A stretch of 63,487 nt of DNA, counting the filler, from Octopus bimaculoides (Eukaryota), in assembly GCF_001194135.2 (NCBI RefSeq). It is 6 parts of 4 records of this genome, joined end to end, with 100 filler letters (N's around TTAATTAATTAA, not from the genome) between each part and the next. Parts side by side here need not be neighbours in the genome. Positions count along the whole stretch, not along the records: positions 12,226 to 36,844 come from NC_068981.1; 5 more parts are not named here. One strand, given 5' to 3'. How positions within the stretch are numbered: the stretch's first letter is position 1; the number at the start of each line of letters is the position of its first letter. Both the position numbers and the translations under genes were made by a program. Below the pieces are notes generated by a model that ran no database searches, had not been told where the DNA came from, and saw nothing but the letters and a program-made list of their open reading frames with translations. Positions 12,126 through 24,240 of this stretch are shown in pieces.

Positions 12126-12225
12126 NNNNNNNNNNNNNNNNNNNNNNNNNNNNNNNNNNNNNNNNNNNNTTAATTAATTAANNNNNNNNNNNNNNNNNNN
12201 NNNNNNNNNNNNNNNNNNNNNNNNN
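12126..12225. other. Assembly spacer N44-TTAATTAATTAA-N44 (also 36845-36944, 44054-44153, 51041-51140, about 61758-61857)
   Basis: The same 100-bp design occurs five times; TTAATTAATTAA puts a stop in all six frames. Confidence 0.95.
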
Positions 12226-12260
12226 ATATATATATATATATATATATATATACGTAGGTA

Positions 12261-12444
12261 TTATTCTTAAAAATAAGAATATTTTTGACGGAGACTTCGA
12301 AGTTTAGACCAGTTAAGCTATCGCCAGACTGTATCTAAATATAAATGAACTATTATCCTTAGATCAGGTAAGCACTGGAAAAAGCTTGCATGGTTGGCCG
12401 AAACTTCGAAGTCACTATCAATAATATTCTTGTTTCAGAATAAC
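12261..12444. repeat. Imperfect ~50-bp inverted repeat pair, each arm carrying a degenerate hammerhead-like motif (Penelope-type terminal repeat remnant)
   Basis: The left arm TTATTCTTAAAAATAAGAATATT..GACTTCGAAGTTT mirrors the right arm AAACTTCGAAGTCAC..AATATTCTTGTTTCAGAATAA; the same family recurs at 61590. Confidence 0.6.
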
Positions 12445-12908
12445 AAATTTGAACTCTACAAAAGTATAGAGTGACCTATCAGATTAATGTAAAAATGTCT
12501 TTATTATAACTGACCATGAAAAAAACAAAAAAAAAAAAAACAAGCATTAACATATGCATATACACATGATTTCTTATTTTAGCATGGATTCATAGACATG
12601 TAAGAGATATTACTTACATTAGCACACGGTTTCAAATTTTATGAGTACGGATTAATTAACCAAATGAAGCTCAGTCCTAGAACGCTACTTTATTATATCA
12701 GCTCTGGAATGTAAAGTAGACTTTGTATTTGAACTCAGATAATAGTTACAAATAAACACTACTAGGCAATTTTATCCAGTACTCTGACGACGGTGCCAGT
12801 TTAGCAGCCCGAGGAGAAATATGATGAATTCAGTTGTTATTTATTTTGTCAACCTTACAGGAGGTGAGGAGATGATAAACAATGATATTTCAACAATACT
12901 CGAACTTT

Positions 12909-13113
12909 GAAGGCAGCGAGCTGGCAGAATCGTTAGTATGTTCTTAGTGGTATTTCGTCTGTGTTCACGTTCTGAGTTCAAATACCGCCGGGGTCGACTT
13001 TGTCTTTTATCCTTTAGGGGTCGATAAATTAAGTACCGATGAAACACTGGGGTCGATCTGATCGACTTACCCCCTCCCACCAAATTTCAGGCCTTGTGCT
13101 TATAGTAGAAAGA
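12909..13113 (+). mobile_element. SINE family A
   Basis: Head, core and tail; TSD AATACTCGAACTTTGA / AATATTTGAACTTTGA (14/16). Confidence 0.88.
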
Positions 13114-13229
13114 AATATTTGAACTTTGATCGTAGAAAAAGAAACCTAAGCATTTGGTTTAGCATTCTGCTATTCTTGTCAACCCGTTATTTCCAAAGGG
13201 AATGTGAATTTGATACAGAAATTTTTATA

Positions 13230-13575
13230 TTTTACTTATTTCAGTCATTAGACTGCGACCATGCCGGAGCACCGCTTGAAGAGTTTTTTAGTCGAATGAA
13301 TCGACCCCATTATCTTTTTTTAAAGTCTAGTATTTATTTTTTCAGATTCTTTTACCGAACTGCTAACTTACGGGGTCGTAAACACACCAACAGCGCTCGT
13401 CATGTGGTGGTGGGGATGGGGAAGAAAACACAGACACAAAGACAAACACACACAGATTTATAATATATATGACGAACTTCTTTCAGTTTCTGTCTACCAA
13501 ATCCACTCACAAAGCCTTGGTCAGCCCGAGGCTATAGCAAAAGACACGCAGTGGGACTGAACCTGGAACCATGTT
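13230..13575 (-). mobile_element. SINE family B, diverged
   Basis: Collinear with the reverse complement of the 47044 copy. Confidence 0.82.
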
Positions 13576-15033
13576 ACCGGCAAGTAACTAAAGACTGCAA
13601 CACATTGTTGAACAATAATTTACCATTTCTGTTATCTTTGATTCAGCTAAAATAATATCTTCGGATATTTGTATTTTCAACCAGAAAGAAAACAATTATA
13701 TTGGGTTAAGAAATAATTCATGTGCGTTTTTTTCTTTTAATTTAAAAAGGCACGTAGAAATAAAACGTTTTGTTATTTAAAAGAGAATTGTTTTGCTCTA
13801 CAAGATAATGTGTTTTGATTTTTTAATCTTATTGATTTCTGTGAATTTTCTGATTATTAAAATGGACAAAACGGCATTTTCGACTCCATNNNNNNNNNNN
13901 NNNNNNNNNNNNNNNNNNNNNNNNNNNNNNNNNNNNNNNNNNNNNNNNNNNNNNNNNNNNNNNNNNNNNNNNNNNNNNNNNNNNNNNNNNNNNNNNNNNN
14001 NNNNNNNNNNNNNNNNNNNNNNNNNNNNNNNNNNNNNNNNNNNNNNNNNNNNNNNNNNNNNNNNNNNNNNNNNNNNNNNNNNNNNNNNNNNNNNNNNNNN
14101 NNNNNNNNNNNNNNNNNNNNNNNNNNNNNNNNNNNNNNNNNNNNNNNNNNNNNNNNNNNNNNNNNNNNNNNNNNNNNNNNNNNNNNNNNNNNNNNNNNNN
14201 NNNNNNNNNNNNNNNNNNNNNNNNNNNNNNNNNNNNNNNNNNNNNNNNNNNNNNNNNNNNNNNNNNNNNNNNNNNNNNNNNNNNNNNNNNNNNNNNNNNN
14301 NNNNNNNNNNNNNNNNNNNNNNNNNNNNNNNNNNNNNNNNNNNNNNNNNNNTATATATATATATATCCATATATATATACGCATATACTCATATATTGTT
14401 TGTATCACAAGACAGAACGCACGCGTTACCTTTACACAGTAAGTTTGGAACTATTTTTCTAACGCGACTCTCTCCATCTCTAGATCTATCCCTATATCTA
14501 TCTTCCCCTCTCATTCTTCCCTCTACTGTTCTTCGCCTCTCCCTGTCACTACTATCTCTCTATCTCTCTCTCTCTCTCTCTCCCTCTCTCTGTCACTAGT
14601 ATCTCTCGCTGCTCGTCCTTCGTCTCCCACCGTCACTACTACTATCTCTCTCCCTCTCGTTGATCACTTTTATTTTACTTCCTCCCCTTCTTCTCCCTCT
14701 GCTACTCTTTCTCCCTACCCGGTGCTGGTCACGTGTGTCCGGTTGTTATTTCTTTTCATTCTTGGACTCCCCAAGCTCGCACGTACTTATTCGCCTCTCC
14801 AGTTCGTGCTTCACAGCGTTCAATACATACACATTTCTCTACGTCTGGCTGTACAACGTTTTTGTTTGTTTATTTCACCGTTTCGTTTTCCTGTCTTGTT
14901 TTCCGTNNNNNNNNNNNNNNNNNNNNNNNNNNNNNNNNNNNNNNNNNNNNNNNNNNNNNNNNNNNNNNNNNNNNNNNNNNNNNNNNNNNNNNNNNNNNNN
15001 NNNNNNTATATATATATATCCATATATACACAT

Positions 15034-15780
15034 ATACTAGTTGGTCTACCCGGTAATTCCCGGGGTAAAGATGTTCTATTGAAACGCCTTATAAGTCTGA
15101 TATAAGAAAGCAATTTCATTATAACTGCTACAAAAGGTGTATTGTCCGTCACGAAACCGTACAAAAACTGTCAGTTGGAGGAGGGAGGGATTGTTGGGAG
15201 GTTGGCGAGAGAAGTTTTAGGAGGTTGGTGAAAAAGATTGTCGGAGGTTGGTGGGAGAGGTGGTCGGAGGTTGTCGAGAGAGGTTTTCGGGGGTTGGCAA
15301 GAGAGGTTGGTGAGTTAGTTGTTCGGAGATGTTGAAAAAAATGTATATTAATGCAATGTGTAAATTAATTACAGCAATATGTATATAACAATTTAGATAT
15401 TGAATTAGAATAGACGTTCATCAAAACGTTGAATGAACTTTAAATAAGCAATAAATATTATGATTTGTAAAATAAGTATAACATGATACAGGGTGTCGCG
15501 AGTCAGTGTGGTGTGGAAGTTTGGTTTCATTTTTTAAGAATTTTAAGCATTCAAAGTATGAGTTCATTGTACTGAGACAAATTTATGAAATACGTTGTGG
15601 AATGAAAAATGTATATACTATCATCGTAAAATTTGAACTTGAAAAATGCAGAATTATCGGAGTATTCATAGTGTGATGAAATTTAATTGAGAACCCTCCA
15701 TGCATTGGCAGAATTTAGTTATTTGGAGATGTTGAAAAAATGTCTATTAATGCAATGTGTAAATTAATTACAGCAATACC
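15034..15780 (+). mobile_element. Possible non-autonomous Helitron/Helentron-type element containing a 23-bp minisatellite
   Basis: Starts TACTAG followed by hairpin CCCGG-TAATTC-CCGGG; five 23-bp units GGAGGTTGG... from 15197; 55-bp direct repeat at 15325 and 15725. Confidence 0.4.
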
Positions 15781-15789
15781 TGTATAAAT

Positions 15790-16385
15790 ATTGAATAAAA
15801 ATAGACGAAGAATGGTGTCTGGAATGGGAAAGCAGGTAGAAGCTCTTTAACCTTGGTTGGCAATCTACCTAGGAGAAGGAAACCTTCGAAAGAAAACCTG
15901 AGGCCTTGGAAGTTCCTGGTTTTATAAATTTTCATGTCACACCGGTGAAAGTCTTCTTGGACCAATAGGTGGAGGTAGTGCAGTGCAAGCTACATCCACT
16001 GAAAATTATTCATTTGCACAGGTACTTCCTGTACACCAAATCTTAGTAAAATCATTGAATTGGTTGGTTGGCAGAAACCTAAAAATGCACTTGTAACTAA
16101 AATGTCAGTAGATGGGGAAAAAAGGCTTAGGAACGTTAGGGGAACAGGTCTGGCTCGGCAGGGGTCCCAGTGTGTCACAGGCTGAGCCCGGTCGTCATCT
16201 TGCCACTGTGATAAAACAATCTTCAAGAAAAAGTAAAAATAAACATCCTTTGAATTTTGGCTGTTGGAATGTGCGCACACTTCTTGATGATAATTTCGAC
16301 AAAAGGCCAGAAAGGCGTACTGCACTTATTGCATGTGAGCTTCAGAAATATTCCCTTGATATAGTTGCGCTCTCTGAAACTCGTC
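15790..16385 (+). mobile_element. RTE-clade LINE 5' fragment (5' UTR plus N-terminus of the AP endonuclease)
   Basis: LNFGCWNVRTLLDDNFDKRPERRTALIACELQKYSLDIVALSETR is the RTE/BovB-type endonuclease start; the ORF breaks off after ETR. Confidence 0.85.
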
Positions 16386-16404
16386 CTCTTAAATTAGCCG
16401 TTTG

Positions 16405-16790
16405 ACAAAATACACCGATAGAATAAGTACTAGACTTACAAAGAATAAATCCTGGGGTCGATTTCGTTGACTGAAGTCAGTGCTCCAACAATGCCGCAGT
16501 CACATGACCGAAACAAGTAAAAGAATAAAAGGCTATGCCATTTTAATCCCGAGGAACACCGGGTAGCTCTGCTAGTATATGTATATACACACTCACATAT
16601 ATACACACACACACACACACACACGTGACAGGTTTCCAAACAGTATCCATCTATCAAATTCACCCTCAAAGCGTTGGTCACACTAGGGCTTTAGTAGAAG
16701 ATGCCTGCCTCAGTAACTGCATGTACAATGGGACTGAACTCAGAACCGCCTGGTCGCGAATTAAGCTTCTTAGCCACACAACCATGCCAG
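16405..16790. mobile_element. Two SINE B fragments in opposite orientation
   Basis: 3' half on the + strand (16405-16515) and 5' half on the - strand (16630-16790). Confidence 0.7.
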
Positions 16791-17302
16791 CTCGTATTAA
16801 GCATGTATGTAGCATGTATTTTGTACAGGAAATTCAGTTGTTTCATTACTTTTAGAGTATTATTTGAACAAATACGTGACGTTTTGTCACTCAAATGGGA
16901 GGGGAAAAATTCGAAGTATTTATGAAACAATTTAGAAAGGGATTCCTGTGGGAACTTCTGTTGCTGTTTCGTGTGTGTGTGTGTGTGTGTGTGTGCCTGT
17001 GAGTTTGGGTTTTTGTGTGTGTGCATGTGTGTACGTGTGTGGGCATGTAAGTGTGTGCGTGTGCGTGTGCCTGTGAGTATGTGTATGCATATGTGCGTAT
17101 GCCTGTGTGTCTACTTTTTAATACAGAGCAATAAAGTACTTGTTAAAGAAGTATGAATTGTAGAAGAGTGTTTATAACCTGGGCTGTCTGCTCTGTCTTG
17201 TCACAATAATTGACGCAAAGAAGTGCGAGGGCATTCGCAGGACCCTACTTTAATCAAACAACACAAATAGAACGCAGCTGTTAATAGCCCTGATCAGGTA
17301 TG

Positions 17303-17352
<50 letters not shown>

Positions 17353-18839
17353 CTCTCCTACATCTGTATTCATACACACACATACATATATCACCACCAC
17401 CACCACCACCAACACCAACACCACCACCGCCAGCACCACCACCACNNNNNNNNNNNNNNNNNNNNNNNNNNNNNNNNNNNNNNNNNNNNNNNNNNNNNNN
17501 NNNNNNNNNNNNNNNNNNNNNNNNNNNNNNNNNNNNNNNNNNNNNNNNNNNNNNNNNNNNNNNNNNNNNNNNNNNNNNNNNNNNNNNNNNNNNNNNNNNN
17601 NNNNNNNNNNNNNNNNNNNNNNNNNNNNNNNNNNNNNNNNNNNNNNNNNNNNNNNNNNNNNNNNNNNNNNNNNNNNNNNNNNNNNNNNNNNNNNNNNNNN
17701 NNNNNNNNNNNNNNNNNNNNNNNNNNNNNNNNNNNNNNNNNNNNNNNNNNNNNNNNNNNNNNNNNNNNNNNNNNNNNNNNNNNNNNNNNNNNNNNNNNNN
17801 NNNNNNNNNNNNNNNNNNNNNNNNNNNNNNNNNNNNNNNNNNNNNNNNNNNNNNNNNNNNNNNNNNNNNNNNNNNNNNNNNNNNNNNNNNNNNNNNNNNN
17901 NNNNNNNNNNNNNNNNNNNNNNNNNNNNNNNNNNNNNNNNNNNNNNNNNNNNNNNNNNNNNNNNNNNNNNNNNNNNNNNNNNNNNNNNNNNNNNNNNNNN
18001 NNNNNNNNNNNNNNNNNNNNNNNNNNNNNNNNNNNNNNNNNNNNNNNNNNNNNNNNNNNNNNNNNNNNNNNNNNNNNNNNNNNNNNNNNNNNNNNNNNNN
18101 NNNNNNNNNNNNNNNNNNNNNNNNNNNNNNNNNNNNNNNNNNNNNNNNNNNNNNNNNNNNNNNNNNNNNNNNNNNNNNNNNNNNNNNNNNNNNNNNNNNN
18201 NNNNNNNNNNNNNNNNCACACACACACACACGCATATAGCTTTCTTGATTCTTAGCCAAGTTTTGAAACGCAGTCTAGATTTTTCGACGAGTTCTTTGCT
18301 ATTGTTCTCAAAACTAGCACGTGGAAATTTATGGGGATCAACTAGGCGCAGGAGTGGCTACGTGATAAAAAAAGCTTGCTTCCCAGCAACATGGTTCCGG
18401 ATTCAGTCCCACTGCATGGCACCTTGGGCAAGTGTCTTCTATTGCCTGAATATCTTCAAGCACCGAATATTTTCGTTGGAAAGAAAAGTGGTGAATGCAA
18501 ACGCTATAGTACCAAATGACATATTTTTATGATATTACACTAGTATCAATAAAAGGAAGGAAAAAAAGGGGGATAATTACTAAGGGATTAGCGAATACAG
18601 GGAAAGGGGAAATCAAGTGAGGTCAAAACAAAAAGAATGTTATTAATAGTAAGAAATGTAGAAGAAGAAGAGGTTGAAAAGGAAGACAAAGACAAAAGAT
18701 ATGATCACAAAGAATGCTCAGGTTGGTCATTAAACAAACCTTACTGTATTGGTTTTTCACAATATCTGGTTTATTAGCTTTGATAGTTCTGTACTGGAAA
18801 GTCCCAAAGAATCGTTACATTTTTTCCATCAGTTACTAC

Positions 18840-19052
18840 CTCAGGGTGGTGCTTAATCGTCACTACGCCGGAGTAAATGCTTAGCAGGATTTCTTTTGGC
18901 CTTACCTTCTGAGTTCAAATTCTGTCGAGGCCCACTTTGTCTCTCGTCCTTTCAGGGTCGAAAAAAATAAGTACCAGTTGAGTACTGACATTGATGTAGT
19001 CGATTAGTCACCTTCCCCAAAATTTCAGCCCTTGTAGCTATAGTAGAAAAGA
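18840..19052 (+). mobile_element. Diverged SINE family A
   Basis: GAGTTCAAATTC, core and CCAAAATTTCAGCCCTTGT tail. Confidence 0.75.
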
Positions 19053-19054
19053 TT

Positions 19055-21298
19055 ATTGTTATTATTGTTATATGAATACTCACAGCTTATTTTGCTGAGT
19101 ATGATGAAAAGTGTCAGCTGTCCGTAGCCAGCAGACTAAGGTGACACTTGTTTACTGGTCATACTTCAAGAACCCAGCGAAGAATTCTTGCAGTTCCAAG
19201 CAATGCTGATTTTTGTAGGTGTTCTACCTTCACACTTGCACCAATCTTTTTTCAGCCATGTTAGTAGTTGAGTGCTGATATTTCCAAGTGCACCAATTAC
19301 TATTGGTATCACGTCTACTCTTTTCATTGACCTCAACCTTCGTATTTCTCACTTCAAATCGTCATGGTTGTTTATTTTTTCTTCTTCTTTCACATTGATC
19401 CTGTTGTCACCGGGGCATGCTATGTCGATTGTCATACATCTTACTTTTTTCCGATGTCTGGTCCGGTGGTCGCACTGGATCACTGCATCCCACAGGATTT
19501 TGCAATTCTCATTTTTGGTGACGCCTTCTGGAGTTATTTTCATACCACGTCTCTGCTCTTTGTAGGCCGTGATTTCCAGAGTTCCCAAATGGATCATTCT
19601 TGCCACTTTGACATGGTGTCTTTTGTATTCGCGTTGTGCCAATTTCGAGCATTCACTAACGATGTGCCATACAGTTACACTCCTCTCGCCACACATTATT
19701 CATTTGTCGCTATCAGTGGTGTTTTCTCTTCTGTACTTCATATATTTGGTCCTTAACGCTTGTTCCTGAGCTGCGCATATAAGTGCTGCTGTCTTTATCT
19801 TCAGGTCACTCCTCCTCATCCATAGCCACCGGTCCTCTGTATCTGTCTTCGCGTTCACATCTCTCGCAAACTGACCGTACATTTTCTTTTCCTTCCATGC
19901 CTTTTCTTTTCTTTTTTTTTTTCGTTCATTTCTTGTTTAAATTTTCTTTTAGTTACACATTTTTCAGTTTTGATGTCACCGGCCTTCTTCGTGTGTTTCA
20001 ACAGTGGCTCCACGACATTTTTTATATACCACCCTAAGCTGTTTTCCTCTTCTTCGATACAGTCCCGACAATTGATCAAACCTCTCCCACCCTTTCTTCT
20101 GGGCAAGTACAGCCTGTCGGTGTCACTCTTAGGGTGGAAGGCTCCGTGTACTGTCAACATTTTTATCTGGTCTTGGAATCCATTTTCTTCATTTCTATCT
20201 TTTGCTATTTTATAATTCCCGCTCCATACCAAAGTGATGTTATCGCCCACGTATTAACTGCTTGGATTTTGTTCCATCCAGTCAATTTTGAACGCAACAC
20301 CAACCTCAGTCTTCGGAAATACTCCATCCTTAGTTGCTCTTTCATTTTCTTTTCCATTATCTCGTTGAACTCCAGTACACCGAGGTATTTGTATCCTTCC
20401 ATTTCAACTTGTTTATTCAAGTCTCTATTCGATAATTTTACTCCTGCTAGGGACTGTACCTTGCTTCTTTTTAGGTAGATTATTCCGCAGTTCTTGAGTC
20501 CAAATTCCATTCTAATATCAGTACAAAGACAGTAGACCGTGTTCACCAAAGAACTCACTTATGTCTCATCTTTGCTATCCAGTTTCCATTAATCCATGAA
20601 GAAGAGGTGGTTGATTGTTTGGGATTTTCCTTTGGTTGGTGCCCCAGGTTCATTTTCTCAAGTACCATGGTCAAGGGTATCATGCAGAGAACAAGCAGCA
20701 ACGGAGATAAGCTATCACCCTGGAGCTATCACCCTCTTATGATACCCAGGGTCCGCAAGCATTTTCCGTAATATGTGAGTTCAGTTTTCCATCCCACCAC
20801 ATTTATCTTCAGGAAACATGTTACACTCCTCGCAATTCCAAACAGATCTAAGCACGCGATGATCAACGGATGTGGAATCATATCATAAGCTTTGCGATAG
20901 TCAATCCAGGTCATTCCCAGATTTGTTCTCCTTCGTTTACAATCTTACTTTACCATTTCGTCTATCAATAGTTGATCTTTGGTACCTCTGCATCTCCCTT
21001 CAACAGCCTTTTTGCTCTGTCGACAATATATCGTTCTCATCAAGAAATTTATACAGTTCTTCTGCAATTCCTCCTGACAGTAACTTCCACATTAACGAGA
21101 GGCAGGAAATTGGTCTGTAATTGTCAGCAGCATTTCCCTTTGATACATCTTTCAGGCGCAACACCGTTCGTCCTTTTCTCAACCAGCCCGGGATTTATTC
21201 TTCTCCATTGATCAATGCATTAAATTGCTCTGCGATCAATTTATGGCAACTGCTGAACATTATTATCCAAAATAATAATCTGAACATTATTATCCAAA
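19055..21298 (-). mobile_element. 5'-truncated R2-superfamily (R4/Dong-like) LINE: RT, CCHC knuckle and restriction-like endonuclease; frameshifted
   Basis: [72 protein letters not shown]...H, ILWD, IDIACP...KEEEKI; TAA-rich tail near 19055. Confidence 0.92.
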
Positions 21299-21439
21299 CA
21301 GCGTATGACCTTGCAGGTGGGGCCCTATTAGGATTTTCTTTAGCTCGACTAGTCAGCGCAACCTGCACAAAAGTTCCCTGAATGATAAATGCAACACATG
21401 TTTCCAAGAATGAATTACACAAACCCTAAAACTTCCTCT

Positions 21440-21570
21440 TAACACATGCTCCTGCTCGTGATCAGAGATGCACATATCGTCAGCTACTAAGGGACACCCT
21501 CAACTGGTTATGGTCAAGCAAATGACAAGCAAATCTGTGGTATAGAACAGAATATTTGCTGTAGCCCATC
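21440..21570 (-). repeat. Unclassified dispersed repeat
   Basis: Roughly 80% identical by eye to 50345-50470 in the opposite orientation (CTCCTGC..GATCAGAGATGCACATATCGTCAGCTACTAAGGGACA). Confidence 0.7.
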
Positions 21571-21671
21571 TTTTACGCCAAGACAAGCTACGCACATGTT
21601 GACACTTCCTATTAGTTAAGATTAGAGGCAATGAGAGCCACTGCTTGGTATTACATTAGGGCATTTTATAG

Positions 21672-21721
<50 letters not shown>

Positions 21722-21775
21722 TTACTACTACTATTACTATTACTACTACTACTACTACTACAACTACTACTACAT
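21672..21775. repeat. (TAC)n microsatellite followed by (CA/TA)n
   Basis: Direct reading. Confidence 0.95.
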
Positions 21776-21883
21776 ACACATACACATATACATACATATA
21801 TCCATACATACATACATATATACATATATACACATACATGTACGTATATATGCATATGCTCATTTTTTATTTGTATTATATAC

Positions 21884-21932
<49 letters not shown>

Positions 21933-22129
21933 NNNNNNNNNNNNNNNNNNNNNNNNNNNNNNNNNNNNNNNNNNNNNNNNNNNNNNNNNNNNNNNNNNNN
22001 NNNNNNNNNNNNNNNNNNNNNNNNNNNNNNNNNNNNNNNNNNNNNNNNNNNNNNNNNNNNNNNNNNNNNNNNNNNNNNNNNNCTGTTTTTATTTTCGTCG
22101 TTTTCTCCGTTTTTTTTTACCTCTCAATC

Positions 22130-22165
22130 CTTTCTGTCAAAGAGCATAAGCTCGAAACGTCAAAG
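22130..22165 (+). ncRNA. Degenerate minimal hammerhead-like motif in a Penelope-type terminal repeat
   Basis: CTTT-CTGTCAAA-GAGC ataa GCTC-GAAA-CG-TC-AAAG: stem I CTTT/AAAG, stem II, GAAA, ACGT palindrome and GUC site are present; the core deviates from CUGANGA. Confidence 0.5.
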
Positions 22166-22251
22166 ACTTTTCCATTCTTCCCGAGTGTTAAACTAATACG
22201 CCTGCTTGTTGTTCCTTCACCTGTCTTCGTATTTTGTTTATTGTAAATTTG

Positions 22252-22286
<35 letters not shown>

Positions 22287-22769
22287 CGTGTGTGTGCGTG
22301 CGCGAGCGCGTGTATGTATGTATGTATACACATATATACCGACACACGTACACATGCACACATATATGTATGTGTATATAGATATGTCTATATATAGTGT
22401 GTGTGTGTATGCGTGTGTATCCATCCATACATATATACAGACACACAATCACACATATACATATATATACGTACATGTATATACACCTGTGTATGTAAGT
22501 GTATCTGTGTGGTATGTGTCACACGCGTACATGCCTATATAAGCTTCTTTTCAGATGAACATGACTAGAGATTTTTTTTCTGTAATTAGTCAGAGTAGAC
22601 ACTGAGTCAACAACACTCGTGACCTTTAAATGGAAGAAAAAGCAACGAGAGGTCACAGTTTAATTGTTGAGTGTTAGTAAGTGAAGATTTGCCTATCTGG
22701 CAAATGGCATTTTTATGGATGGGATCCGGCTCGCATGTGTATGTGTGCGTATGTCTCAATTCCTACATT

Positions 22770-23015
22770 ATTTTATCGACTCTGAAAGGATGAAGGGCAA
22801 AGTCGACCTCGGCGGCATTTGAACTTACTGACTATAATATATTGACTGATGTCTCATATGAGCTCCTGGGTCTTATATCTGGAACAGCGCACCCACTAAG
22901 CACGCGCGCGTGCGCACACTCACACACACACATTTGAACTTAGAAAGTAAAGATTTGGAAGAAATGCCATTAAGCATTTTGTCTGACACGCTAACGATTC
23001 TGCCAGCTCACCACC
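22770..23015 (-). mobile_element. SINE A interrupted by a 103-bp insertion
   Basis: 12-bp duplication CATTTGAACTTA at 22816-22827 and 22931-22942. Confidence 0.8.
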
Positions 23016-23855
23016 GACACGCCTAGTTAACAATTCTTTCTAATTTTAGTATAAAACCTCTTCCATTACGAGAAGGTTAAATCGATTCCATCTATCTCAG
23101 TACTCAAAGGGTACTCCTTTTATCGAGCCCTGAAAGGATAAACGGTTAAGTCGGCCTTGTGAATCTGAACTTAGAACGTAAAGACAGACGAAATGCCACG
23201 AAGCATTTTGCCCAGTGTCTTAACAATTCTGCCAACTCGCCACCAGCTTAATAATGGTTTCAAATTTTTGTACAAGACTAGCAATTTTGGGACAGGAGCA
23301 AATCGATTTTACTCAGAAGGCACCCCTTGGTAATTCCCCGTTCATTCTTTATCCTTATTATTTTATTCTTAAATGTTTGGGGGTTTTTTCCACTAACGGC
23401 CTTTATCTCCTGTGTACCCAACCTAGTGAATTTTTATGAAACATAAAATGTATTTCTAATAGGAATGCGAATGATCTTTCAGCATTTCTTTCATACTTCC
23501 ATTGAACTATTTGAAATTCTTTTAAAATATTATTTTAGCATAAATTCCCACTTGGTATATAAACCACAGTTATAAATAATCCTCTGCAACATCTTAGAAT
23601 ATTAGGCTGCTCTAAAACTTACACAAGAACTACTGTTAGTCAAGTTGTTACAATGTTGGCGTATCAATCAGAATGTTGATTGTTCAAAATCGCATGACTA
23701 GAGCTGTGTTGTATTTCAGACAAGGCCATTTATCAGTCAACCGTTTGTTTTACCTATATGCAAAGAAGTTGTATGTAGAAACAGTATCATCATCATCATC
23801 GTCATCATTTAACGTCCGCTTTATGATAAAAGGACAGAAATAGGAGACTTGCAGT

Positions 23856-24240
23856 TTGTTGTTGGCACTCCGTCGCTTACGACGTCGAGGGTTCCAGTTG
23901 ATCCGATCAACGGAACAGCCTGCTCGTGAAATTAACGTGCAAGTGGCTGAGCACTCCACAGACACGTGTACCCTTAACGTAGTTCTCGGGGATATTCAGC
24001 GTGACACAATGTGACAAGGCTGGCCCTTTGAAATACCGGTACAACAGAAACGAAGAAAGAGTGAGAGAAAGTTGTGGTGAAAGAGTACAGCAGGGTTCGC
24101 CACCATACCCTGCCGGAACCTCGTGGAGCTTTTAGGTGTTTTCGCTCAATAAACACTCACAACGCCCGGTCTGGGAATCGAAACCGCGATCCTATGACTG
24201 CGAGTCCGCTGCCCTAACCACTAGGCCATTGCGCCTCCAC
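23856..24240 (-). mobile_element. tRNA-derived SINE family C (~385 bp, (CAA)n tail)
   Basis: Head GTGGAGGCGCAATGGCCTAGTGG (A-box) and GGTTTCGATTCC (B-box); near-identical to three other copies; TSD AGACTTGCAGT at 23845-23855 and 24243-24253. Confidence 0.92.

Noticed and set aside
12170-12181. Palindrome TTAATTAATTAA recurring five times
   Set aside because: Always centred in exactly 44+44 Ns; a synthetic six-frame-stop assembly linker, not biology.
21253-21298. 19-bp direct repeat CTGAACATTATTATCCAAA
   Set aside because: Lies inside LINE coding sequence at its 5' truncation point; a common truncation artefact, not the element's TSD.
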